From Fimicolochytrium jonesii (taxonomy: Eukaryota): a stretch of 64,000 nt of DNA. Shown here piece by piece: positions 23,641 to 40,064 of the stretch (position 1 is the first letter of the stretch; each line of letters opens with the position of its first letter). The DNA is taken from the NCBI RefSeq assembly GCF_025526975.1, contig NW_026515670.1, positions 744,001-808,000 on the forward strand, in the 5' to 3' direction. The position numbers were made by a program, and so were the translations under genes. The notes beneath the pieces are model-generated. The model was not told the origin of the DNA. It did not search any database and saw nothing but the letters and a program-made list of their open reading frames with translations.

Positions 23641-24131
23641 GCGCTTCTTTGCCGCTTACGCCGAACCATCACATACACTCGCTGTGTGCTGCTGGATCAC
23701 TCGTCAATCGACATCGACCGCTAGTTCCCCCTCTTGGAAATCGAAAAATTAAATTCAACATATACTCCGACTCCCACACACCTCGCGTGGCTCTCAAAGT
23801 GCAGTACAGCAGATCGAACACGACTTGCCTCTGGTACTTTCACATCTTTGGATTTCCCGGACCTCCCTCGTGAGTTCGAAGTAATAAGTGAGTAGCCCTG
23901 CGAGTACGACCGAAGTGAGCAGGAGCGCGAGCGGAGCGAACCACATTGCGCCAAAGGCGCAATCCTCTGGCTCTTAGCAAGCCTCAGCCAGCGGTCCCGC
24001 CCAATGACAACTCGCGGACGCTCGGATACCGCCTTCGGCTTTTTGCGTTCTTTTTCCCGGTTCGTCGTCATTCACCCATCTAACTAGTTTTCCCACTCTC
24101 CCTTAAGACAACCGCGCATACCTTCGCCACA

Positions 24132-25739
24132 ATGGACACTCCAGAGTCTGTGATTGCGGATGATGGCTGCAGACTGCCTCCTTTTGAGGAGGCGTTTGCC
24201 CAGCCGTCCCGTGGTCAAGAAACGAAGCCCATTGCCCACACCGACTCGCACATTGCCTCTTTTTCGACAAAATGTGCGATGAGGTCAATCCCCATCGCGA
24301 GCTCACTTAATATCGCTGCTCCAGGTACATCTCGTCTCCCGTGCGAAAAATGCTTGTTGTTTGTAGACCGTGTGTTGACAGGATCTCCTTAGAATTTTCC
24401 CCAGTTAAGCCCGCCCTTGGGCTCCTAAAGGAACAGGGCTGCCTTCCCCCAGCCCGGCAATCCGTACTCTCAGACCTGTTTCCCCGCAAAGAGGATTTTG
24501 TTGAGAGCTTAGTAGGTTCGTAAACTGTGCCACCTTGCTCGACGACGCATACCTTTTCCCGAGAAACTTCCGCTCCCCTGAGTTGCGCTCTGGCCTCCAT
24601 CTCGCCCCTTGTCCCGCGTTGCATCTCCGTCGCTCAGCTCGAAATGCATTTTCACGGAAACGGTTCGAAATGTTCTGGTGTTTACACCCTATGCGGATTC
24701 AGAAACGCAGAACAGTGAAACACCGTGAAAGTGCGCGGGTAGTCTTGCAATGTGGCTGGGAAAGAGATGATCGGGTCGGAAGGGAGAAGCGTATCGGGAT
24801 ATGGTAGTCGCCGAGCAATATGCTATTTGTCGTCAAAGCTCCGCATCTTAACCTCTTGCCTCATCGCGCTACACAGAAATCGCTGCGAAAATCGTCGAAG
24901 CACCATCGAGACAACTCTCATGTGCCGAGAATGCCAGCAAACGACTGGTTCCCATGAAGCTTTTCATCAGCGAGCTCCTCAAGCGCTCCCGAACCTCGTT
25001 CTCCACCCTCCAGCTCACGCTCCTCTACTACGTGCGTTTCAAGCAAAACGTTGCGTCCCACACCTCCGCCGCCAAATCATGCCCAACCTCCTGCGCCCGC
25101 AGGATGTTCCTCAGCGCCCTCATCACCGCCAGCAAATATCTCCAAGACCGTAACTATAGCAACCGGGCGTGGAGCAAGCTTTGTGGCTTACCCGCGACCG
25201 AGCTGACGAAGAACGAGTCGAGTTTCTTGGATGTTATCAAGTGGAACCTGTTTGTTTCAAAGTCGTGCTTTGCGAAATGGAGCACGATGCTGATGACCGC
25301 ATCTGCGCATCTGGCTAGTACCAAGCAGCAAAAGGGCGTTGTCGTCGGGGGCGCTGGTGCCGGTGTCTCCGGATCCGCCGTATTACCCATCCACGCCTCT
25401 TTACCCCGCCCGCAGAACGTGCACGTTAACGTCAACGTCAGCAAACTGCACCCTGCCGCTGCCGCTCCTCGTCTGCGGATTTCCCAATCATGGAGATTTC
25501 CAGCCGACACAGGCGACGCACCCCTGACTCCGCCCGTAGACGAACCTTTCTGCGGGAAAATGGCGCCCTGGGCTCCCCTTGAGGACGCCCAAGCCACGGC
25601 GACGGCGGTCGCGTCGTACCTGCCATCACCGGACATGGCGCCTATCGCGGACAAGAAACGGTCCGCTGACCATTTCGAGCCAATTCATACCCTGCCGGTG
25701 AAGCGAGTGGCGAACTATTTGGGTTACGCGCGGGCTTGA
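24132..25739 (+). CDS. PCL5: Pho85-type cyclin, Pcl5/Pas1-like
   Basis: Exons about 24132-24324, 24393 or 24405-24515, and 24877-25739. FVESLV|EIAAKIVE, FISELLKRSRTSFSTLQL.LLY, CARRMFLSALITASKYLQDRNYSNRAWSKLCGL, ESSFLDVIKWNLFV. The first exon is less certain. Confidence 0.8.
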
Positions 25740-26800
25740 TGGAAGGAGGTCATTGTTTGACTTCCATGCTGATGTGCGCGGTTGAATGGATGCCCCACTG
25801 TCGGGCATGCATTCACATCGGGCGAAGGCTGTCGGTCGACTGTCCGCCATCCCATTCCAAACGCTCGCACGCGTCGATCCCTACCCTTCTTAGCGTTAGC
25901 TCCCCCCCATCCCCACCTCTTTTCCCCTGTATCTTCCTTCCTCCCCATCCATTAGCCCACGTCGAAGCCATCATATTCTTCTGTCTCCGGCGTCCCTTCT
26001 TGTGTTTTTTTGTATGCTTTGTGGTGTGTTGGTGTTGGGTGTGTGTGCTGAACACGATTTTTGTCCGACTTTAACTGTGGGGGTTTAGAAGGTATCATTT
26101 TTTTTTTTCGAGTGGATTTGGATGATGATACCTGTGTGCCCTGTTTGCTTGATGGGTTGATTTGATCAGTGGCATAGGGTCGGTGAATGGTGATTGAGCG
26201 GCACGTACTGTATGGATGGTTCTGGACGGCGTAGACGGGCTTGACGTGGGGAAAACAATCTGAGAAGGGAACGTCAATGAACTGGATATCGGAGGTCGGC
26301 GGTCGACATATCTCACCCATCACATCGAGCGCCTTGTCCTTCTTTCTTCCCGAATCCATGAATGCCAACAGCGAGGCAACTGGCGAGTTTGCGGGCTAGC
26401 GGTGCAGACGTTGGATGTCCTTGGTCCTTCACGAGAACAAGCGAGGGAGTAGGGAAAAAGTTCAGAAGCTGGGAAGATGTCGAGGAACGAGGAAGCGCGC
26501 GGGGGGTTTGAGACGGGTGGCGCAGTTGTTCATTTGCATATGGAGGTTGCTGCCACCGCCCGCTTTCGGACACTCGCTCAACCAGCGACAGTCGGGCTCA
26601 GCATCGACTCCGTTCTCCATGCTTTGCCCAATATACTGCTACAGTTCGAAAAGTTGCAAACGTCTTAGAGCTGGGTGGTCAGTAACACACATACACTCTC
26701 TGCACAGCGTGGTCAACAGGTCAAGGCATAGGGCTGCTTGTGAGACAGGCCGTCCGACATCTATCTTGTCGACAGTTTTGGTTAGCGGTGTTGGTTGAAG

Positions 26801-31283
<4,483 letters not shown>

Positions 31284-32324
31284 GGTCGAAAAGCGGGAAT
31301 TGTAATCATCCGCTGTAGGTTAGCCCAGCGCCAGAAAACTGGCCTGACATCCTTCGTTAGATCTGTTCCAGACGCCTTGGCCCGTAAGCCTCTGGCCTTT
31401 TTCTTTTGTTTCCTGCCCACCTTAGGTGCGAGGGGTGGTGAGTTGTACATAGTTTTCTTCTTACATTATTCACTTTATCGCTGCTCCAATAAATGTCCAC
31501 ACCCCGCCTTGTGGGTCCGCCGCGGTTTTTGGGTGATTTTTTTGGAACTCGATTCAGTAAAACAGTAAAGGCAGAGTGTCAAGCATGCTGCCGGGAACGG
31601 ATACTGCAAAAGGAAGACGCCTGCAATTGCAGCAATTGCGGGCCATTAGCCGAGGGATGCACTTACCTTCCCATCTGGGATGCATTGATCCTGCAACGTA
31701 CAGTACACAATGAGGAACTGCCCGAGATGGGCAGAAATCCAAAAGAAAAGCGACCCTGGAAGAAAGCTGGAGTCTTCTATAGGTTTATAGGAGAGCGAGA
31801 GGGCAGCGCGGATGAGGGCGAAGAAGCGGCGGCAGAGCCAGGCCAGCCGGGGCAGATTTGCGGGACGGGTTTAGCAGGAGAAAAAATGAGCAAAAGTTGG
31901 ATACAAAAGCGGCGACACGCGTGCTTATGACATCCCAACGCGTTCCAAACTCCGCTAGGCCATTGATTTACGCGCACATTGGCCCCCATCAACCCCCGGG
32001 ACTTCCACCCGGATCAGAATGGCCTGTGGTCAGGAAATCCAGTAATGGCTGGCCGATGTTAGACGCTCTCCTGACATACATGCAGGTCATAAAGATGGTA
32101 AGTGGCCAAGTTTTCCAGGGTGGCGGCATTGCAAACTCCTTCCATATTATTTTGGCTCTTCGGTTGAAGTTCCTTCCACAGACGATGTGCATTCTGCACC
32201 GATGCAGCCGACATTTCCGCCGGATTCCCGATTCCATTGCTGAGTGAGCGGGGCCGGCGGCATGAAACTCTGCCGGGCAATCAGACTCTGACCAATGGAC
32301 GCAGACAACACTTCTTTTTTGCAT

Positions 32325-32344
32325 CCCCCCCCCCCCCCCCCCCC
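32325..32344. repeat. poly-C tract (20 nt)
   Basis: Direct reading. A second poly-C tract (14 nt) is at 23056-23069. Confidence 0.8.
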
Positions 32345-33078
32345 AGCCCATAGCGTACAGCGAAGATACCTATTTCCGCTAAACAACTTTGTGCGTTCAT
32401 GATCGGTTCAGTGAGACCGAGGAAGCAACGCCCATGATTCATCGAGCAGCGTTCTCCCTTTTCAACCCGTTATCTCGACATCCGCACATCATGGTTGGAT
32501 TTGCTTCTCTTCTATTTGGCGGCTGCCAAAAGCCGGGGATAGTGCAATGCGGGGACACCAGTGCCGACGCCGTGAGCAAGCCCACGGTGACTCAAGCAGG
32601 TTCAATTCCTAGCGATACCAAGCAAATGCAATGCAATCGCTTCTAAATACAGAGAAGGTATTGACCATGTTAGTAGAGAGTGGCGGCAAGCCGAATGCGG
32701 GGGCATCTTTCTGATTAAATGCACTGGCACTTCAGCTTGAGCTAACGCAATTGCTTATGCAATCATGTCCTGACGCGTAAATCACGCGTTACGGAGCAGG
32801 TCAACGAGAACCCGACCATGCATTGGACGACCGTTGGTAGTGCTTTATCCGTAAGTCAGTTCGTCAGAGTTGAGTAATGCACAAATGGGAGTTGGATATC
32901 CGAAAGCGCCTTTAATTGGAACAGTCAACGAGAACCCCGCATCCAAAACTGCCGGGTTGTTGTTCTGAACCCGCACTTTGTTTCCAATTCTCCAGAGGCC
33001 GTAACTGTCCCTCGCCAGTGCCGATTCCGCCGGTGGGGAGTGGGAAGGCATTTCGCGGTGACCACTTGCTAGACATGA

Positions 33079-34104
33079 CAGAATCCAAACGTACCTGGCG
33101 TATTTCAAGGGAATAGAGGAGACCGTAAACGTGACACCAATGACGACGAGCATACCTCTGCTGATCACGATGCCATCGGGGCTATACAGAATCTCGTTGA
33201 CAGAGACTACTCTTCGAATGAAGAGGTAGAATCAGACAGCTCTACCAATACAGATAGTGACAGTGATGATGATGAAGTTAACGTGAGACCAGCTGGCACG
33301 ACAACAGAAGCAGATAGCCACTCCGAGAAAGAAGACGAAACGATATCCACGTCCGAAGATGAGGCAACGATGACTCTCAGTGATCTCAGTGACGCGAGAG
33401 TTAGAACTGAGGTCGCTCACTTAAGCGCACGGGTGGCCGCCCTTGAACGAGCGCTCAATGCCATGGTGCATGCATATATGTACGTACAGTACAGTAGGAA
33501 ATGATGCTGCGCCACATTATAGAGGACTTGACAATGATCTGGAAGGTGCCCGCAGTTCTTTTGGTGCATCGACGCAGCAACCACCTACGACCGGACATCC
33601 AATGTAGGAGGGACTTTTGAGAGCGAGAAATCCATTGATGCTCACGCGTACCTCTCTTTCCAAAAGATGATCCGTAAATGGCGAGACGGACGCCGTTCGT
33701 TCCACGTGGATAGCACCGTACTTAGCAGTCCGCTAAGCGAAGCAATAGAAAAGCATGTCGAAGCTATCAAGGCAGCCGATCCGTCCGATCTGCTCAATGC
33801 AGAGATGGACTGTGTGTGGAGGAGTTATGGGACATACGGCGGATCGTTCGAGATACCTATAGCAGATCTAGAAAAGCATGTATCGAGCCTAAAATGTCTC
33901 AACGGCGACCAGATGTCGAGCTTCAAGGCGGTGATATTGAGAGACATGAGAGACATGAAAGACACTCAAGCTTCCATGTGGACGTACGTCCGATATTCAG
34001 CCGCTAGGCGTTCACAAAAGGCCTTCTCTTTTTTGGGCCTTAGTTTTGACGAGCAGGACGGGATTGTATCCGTACGTACTGTAGAATGGTTTGGCCAGTG
34101 GTAG
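33079..34104 (+). CDS. Hypothetical protein (partial model): acidic region, short coiled coil, globular-looking C-terminal part
   Basis: Same-frame ORFs 33079-33465 (D/E/S-rich, then VRTEVAHLSARVAALERALNAM) and 33556-34104 can be joined by a plausible phase-0 intron GTGCAT...CCCGCAG. No start exon identified and no recognisable family. Confidence 0.4.
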
Positions 34105-35681
34105 CACGTTGACTAGAGACCAATATACACAGACAACCTAGGCGCCCACTTGCTAGGTCAAATGGGGTGGTTTAGGGGCTGCGGGCGCCTCAACGGGAAA
34201 GTTTGCAGCTCTAGGCCAGGCGACGTGCAGTTGCTGCGTACACAATTTGGGTCGATGCGACTGCAGACGATATTCACTGGCGGTTCAAATACGAAGCTTG
34301 TGATTGAAGCCTATTTCGAAACGGAAATCCTATGGCCCACTTCCGCACAACCCTTCAACCGCGACGTCTTGTGTTTAGCAGTGGTAGTGATCTTGTAGCG
34401 CAGGTTCCTAAACTGCCCAGGCTCAATGACGGCGTACATTCGGTCGCTGCGCCCCGACACCATCCCGGGCGACCGAATCTACACCGTCAAGGAGCCTGAA
34501 GGGTCGAAGGGAACATTGGCAGGACGACGCGATGATGCAGCCGAAGAGGTTGTTAAGCGATGGCGCCTCCAATGCACGCGAAGACAATTTCCCAGAGTCA
34601 TACGCCATACGACGAGCGCTTACCTTCACGGTCAGCCTGCACAACCAGAGCCAAGTGCAGACACAGGTCGGTCCTTCCTCGGAGGTTACTGTACAGTATA
34701 TATAGCAGGTGGCGATAGTCGCGCATCTTGCCTGTGCGTACTGTATGCATGCGGAGCCGGGGACGCGTGTTTTGGCGGTCAACTCCGCTTTTCGACCCCT
34801 TGAAGTCTCCTGTCGCGCCGTCTTGGTTACGTGCTGACACTCCCTGAGGGGCAGCACAGGGGTGAACACGGAGCACGGCCCAGCAATGCAGTATCCCAAT
34901 CCATCTTCTCGTTACCATTGGTGTGCTGACGCTGGATATCGCCCGGTAATCGATATTGCCGACCCACCGTCAAGACGACAGATCTATCGACCTACTTGTT
35001 CGTGTGCGGGCATCGTACGAGCAGTGGAAGAAATGATTTGGAGGAGCTGTGGAAAGAGATGAGGAATCATATGCATAGGCTGTGGAAGGAAATGGGGGCG
35101 GCTGAGGAAAAGGGCTCCAGTAAGGTTCCTGGGGTTGGTGGTAGTGCAACCTAGAACTTCCAGTCAATATGGATCTAATTCGTAAAGCGGCGGATGCAGA
35201 GTCGAAGTGCCTTGCAAATGGCCTAGGAGTCGGCCAGGAATCTTGATCAGCATAGGAACATGGGATCCCGGTCTATCCCCCCGTTGAGTCGCGCGCATCG
35301 GCCAACGGCAGACGAGGTGTCCGCAAAAGAAGCCCAATCTCACCGTCCACCACGATTTCGCTGGATGGGCAAATGATCATGCTATGAGACTGAAGGAGTG
35401 TCACCTCTCCATAGACAGACAGACAGATGGATGGATAGCTAGATACCTCGCCTCGACCGCTGCTGGATGCACTTTTGCTCGCATCACCGAAGAAGTTTGG
35501 GTTTGTGTCAAATTTGCGAGGGGTTGAGATGGCGAAGGATGAAATTTTTGTTGTGGACACACGATGGAACCTTTTGTCAAGCAACGGGGTCACGCCGCCG
35601 CTCACTTCCCTCGAGAGTGCTAGGGAACACGCTGGGTGGCGGCTGCAAGTCAGCGCCCCCCTCACGAGACACGAGAGGAAG

Positions 35682-35713
35682 GGAAGAGAGGGAAGAGAGG
35701 GAAGAGAGGGAAG
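35682..35713. repeat. (GGAAGAGAG)3 tandem repeat
   Basis: ggaagagag ggaagagag ggaagagag ggaag, about 315 bp upstream of the RhoGAP start. Confidence 0.7.
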
Positions 35714-36028
35714 TGGCCGCTGCCTTATTTTGCTTATGGGAACTCACGGCTTTGGCCGCTGAGAACGTCCCAACTTACTCCAACCCACAAAAAGGACCCA
35801 ACCCACAGACCTGTCATCGGAAAGGCCTGCTATCACCGCTTGTCTCCATCTCCATATCGTCTTCGTTGCAACGTCCGATATACCCTCGTTTGCAAACATC
35901 ACAACGTCATCTGCCGGCCTATACGATATTCCCACGCCGGAACGTGGCTTTCTCTCGGTTTAGATAGAATAGATATAGACGCTTTCCGACGCATACTACA
36001 ACTTATATAATCCACGTAGCGCACGACG

Positions 36029-39000
36029 ATGCTCCGGTTCGACGACTGCTTCTGGGGCACTGGCGAGGATGCCACCGCCGGCGTGCGCGCTCTGCACACT
36101 GTGTTCCTGCAGCACCTTGCGGAAGTCGAGGACATGCTGAACATGGTCAAGCTCCGCGTGAAGGGCGAGGAAAGCTATTCGATGAACCTTCTGGAGCTCG
36201 GCCGTCACAGCGGCTCCATGTCCATGGGCAATCCTTCAGTATCTGCGATTCTTGATCGGGAGGGACCAAGTCGCCGCAACTCGAGAGCTTCCACGCCCGC
36301 TATTGCCGCAGGAAACATGATCGGCGCCGGCAACGAAAAGAGCAAGCTGTCGTTGAACAACATTGCACAAGGACTTGGAAACGCTGCCGCTATGCTTCAA
36401 TCGGCTGCCGCTGCATCAGGTCTGCCCGGAACTTCTGGTTGGACCATGACGGCCGAACCGGAGAGCGACACAAGCACTGTTGGTCCCATTGTCGACCAGT
36501 CCAGTGTGTTGCCAGTCATACGGACGATGAGAGAGCAGTACGTCGCCATGGCCGCCGCACATCGTCGTCACGCCGACACCCTCACCCTTGCGGTGATCTC
36601 GCCCTTACAAGCCTTCGTTGAGCAACATCGCAGGTCGATGATCAAGAAGAAGAGCGAGGTGGACAGCAACCACCAACAACTTACACGTCTCGCTGCGGAT
36701 ATCGAAGCTCGTCACGCCGTTTACATTCAGAAATGCAAAATTGCGGAAGAGGAGGACAAAAAATTCAGGGAAGATGGGGAACAGAGGGCTTGCGCTCCTT
36801 CGTCGGCACCTGTCATGGTCGGCAGCCGATCCGTTGGACCAAACGAGTTTCAACGACTCGTAGAGACAATGAGGAAGGAAGTCCGCACGAAAAGCATCAT
36901 GACGGAAGTCGGTCTCTTTGAAGGCTGCTTTACCGGGGAAGACGCATTGGACTACCTCAAGAAGCGATACCCCGGAGTTCCCCGCAACGATTTGAAGTCT
37001 GTGTGTCAGGAGATCCTCGGCAGGCGGTTGATGTCCGTTCTCGTCGGTCCCAACGATCGTCAGTTCAATCCCGAGCTCCCATATCAATTCGGCCGGCCCG
37101 TGCTGAAATCCGGTGAACCGCCACACGTCAAAGCTCGCAAGGACTCTGAGGTCGCCCGTCTTGACTACGATTCGGCCATTAAAACCGCAGAACATACCCG
37201 CAGCGCTTTGGAGTTCCATATCACGGATTACCTCGTTTCGGCACAGGAGGCTGAACGCTATCGATTGAAGGTCTGCAAGGAAGCGGCCTTCGCGCTGGAA
37301 AGTGCGCAAGTATTTGTCCTGAGCGAAAACACACTCTCGTGGAGGCCGCCAGCTCTTGTTGACGCCCAGCTTGAGGCCGAGAAGAATGGACAAACAGAAT
37401 CAGGGCCACCCACCACTTTGCTAGTGTCCCCTGACCCCAAAGAAGGCGTGCAGTACATTGCCCGCACCCATCGTACCGGTCACCTCCGATCGAAGCCATT
37501 CGTCTTTGAATCGTACACCAGCGGCCGAGCGCCCCACCAAGTCTTTGGCATCAGCCTCGAAGAGCTCTCCCGAGCCACCAACGCTTCCATCCCGCCCATG
37601 GTCCGCAAATGTGTCAGCTCACTGTACGAGAGCTTCACCACCGGCCGCTCGGTCGTCGACAACTGGATCCTTCCCAACCCGGATTTGCCATCCGTCCAGT
37701 TCCTGAGGCTCGAGTTCAACTCATCCCCACGAGCCAGCCGGGTCACGACAACCGCTCTGAGGAGGTACCAGCCACCTGTCGTTGCGGGAGTTCTGAAACT
37801 GTACTTGGTGGAGGCGCCTGTCAGTCTGTGTAGCTACGACACTTATGAGACGTTGAGGACGCTGTATTCGGATGATTTTACGACGGTTGAGGATGCGATT
37901 CGGATCAAGTCTATTGTTTCTTTGTTGAAGACGTTGTCTGCGCCGCATTATGAGACGTTGAAGCTGTTCACAGGATACCTGCATGAGTAAGTCACCTTCC
38001 TCTTCACTATACACAATGCACTGGCCGCCGTTCTGATCCATGTCATTCTTTCCCCGCAGATTGATCAAACCCCTGGAGCAATCCGACGAACGCATCACCC
38101 GCCTAGCCTACTCCATCGCCCCCTGCATTCTCCGCCCAAAAACCGAAACCTCCGAAACCCTGCAAGACCAACACCCCTGGCGCTTCTCATTGGAGCTCAT
38201 GGTCCGCTACACCGACTTCTTCGGCCAGCTCGACACATCGACTCTGATCATCGAAGATGCCGACCTTCCGCCCTCCCCGGAGCCCGAGGAAGACGTGCAG
38301 GACGAGGATGCCCTTACAAAAGTCCCCTCCGCGACCACGCTCGCCACCTCGACTACCACAGCGTCGCCCGGCTCGCCCGACAACTCAACACCGACCCCGC
38401 CCGCAACGCCCCCGTTGAGGGAACCCGTCAGCAACAAACGGCAAGGCTCGTGGTTGCTCCGCACCCTCAACACCGCAAGCAACAGCGATTTGAGCAAAGC
38501 CGTCAAGGGAGAAAAGAAACCCGCTGCGCCGAAACCAGCACCGGGGGACACCCGCCCGTCTCGTCCGGCTACCCGCGTGGAAGAACGCCTCACGGGCGCG
38601 GTATCGAAAGCGAAAGCGAGGCCGATAAATTCGGCCAGGAGTAAATCTCGGACGCGAAAACCTGCTGTGAAGAAAGTTGTTCCGGTACCTGCATCCCCCG
38701 TCGTTGAGTCATCCGTCGAGGCACCCCAAATCCCCTCAACGGACAAGAAACCCCTCCTAGATCGCGAAATCACCCCAACCGCAACGACCCACGATTCATC
38801 ATCCCCCCTCCACAAATCCTCCTCCCTAACCTCCCTAACCTCCATCTCCACCTCCGCCAAATCCCTCTTCGGCACCTTCTTCGGCAGCCGGGAAGCGGAA
38901 CACGTCGCCGTTGTGCAGGAGGAGGAAGATGCTGACCAGGCGTCGGATGATGATGACCACGCTGCCGGTGTTTCCCGATCGGCCGGTGAGAAGCAGAAGC

Positions 39001-39656
39001 AGCCGGAGATCCTTATGCAGGCTGTTGAATCCCCCTCCGCTGTAGTCCCGGAGGCGGAGGAACTCCACGCAACCACCGAAGAACATGAACTCCCCACGGA
39101 AGGTCTCGCCTACGAACAGGAGGAGAGCGTGGCGGGTACAGAGACGGAGGTGGAATACGAGGAAGAAGTCGAGTACATCGACGGCGAGGAAGAAGAAGTC
39201 GTTTACGAAGACGATCCGGAACACTACGATGAGGAGGGGAATTACATTGGCCCTCACATCGAAGAAGGCGAATTGGAACACGTTGAGGAGGGAGAGGAAG
39301 AGGTCGTCTACGCCGAATCCTCCACCTACGACGACACCACCTCCCACTACGAGGACGGAGAGGAGGGCTTGGAGGAGGGAGAGGAATACGTCGAGGGCGA
39401 GGAAGAGGAAGGGTATGAGTATGCTGAGGGCGAGGTGGAGTATGTTGAGGAGGGGGAGTATGTGGAGGGAGAGTATGAGGAGGAGACAGAGGTTGTTGTT
39501 GAGGACGGTGAGCATGCGGAGTATGAGGAAGAGGTGCATGTGGAGGGTGCTGAGGGAGAGGACCAGCAGGCGCCGGCTCAGTCGGAGTTGGCGGAGAATT
39601 CGGGGTTGTTCCCGAGTAGTGAGCAGGAGATGAATGAGTACCTTCAGTGGGGATGA
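36029..39656 (+). CDS. RGD2: F-BAR(FCH)-DEP-RhoGAP protein, Rgd2/Rga8-like, with highly acidic tail
   Basis: Exons 36029-37986 and 38060-39656. N-terminal MLRFDDCFWG (FCH start), DEP-like LFEGCFTGEDALDYL, RhoGAP VFGISLEEL...IPPMVRKCV...VVAGVLKLYLVEAP..L...LAYSIAPCILRP. Confidence 0.8.
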
Positions 39657-40064
39657 GTGATGTGGGATACATAGTAGGTAGGACAGGATGTACATGTAGA
39701 GGACTTTGGACATGGCGTAAAGTTTAGCGTAGTTGGCGTAATTTGTAAGGATGTAAGATATGACGTAGAATATAACGTAGAGAACATTGAAATAGCAACG
39801 GCAACCTCGTCTTATCCAATATTCATGATGTTAGAAGGAAGTTCTTGAGCACTTGCTCCTCATAACTGCCGTCCTGACATGGCGTCGTCACACAACGTCC
39901 TCGAGGCAAAAACGTTTACAAAATCTCATTCCAAATGACAAAAAAGAAAGCGACAAATGCATGCAAGCAAAGAGAATCTAAAAGAAGATTGTACGAAGGA
40001 TCAAAACAAAAAAGAGAGTCCGGGGAACGAAACTTGTCCGTGAAGAATGTCTGGGTTGGTTGTC

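Noticed and set aside
34150..35960. Several 80-166 aa ORFs upstream of the RhoGAP gene
   Set aside because: No domain similarity or convincing splice structure.
38207..39713. Minus-strand ORFs of 219-296 aa
   Set aside because: Low-complexity mirror of the acidic RhoGAP tail.
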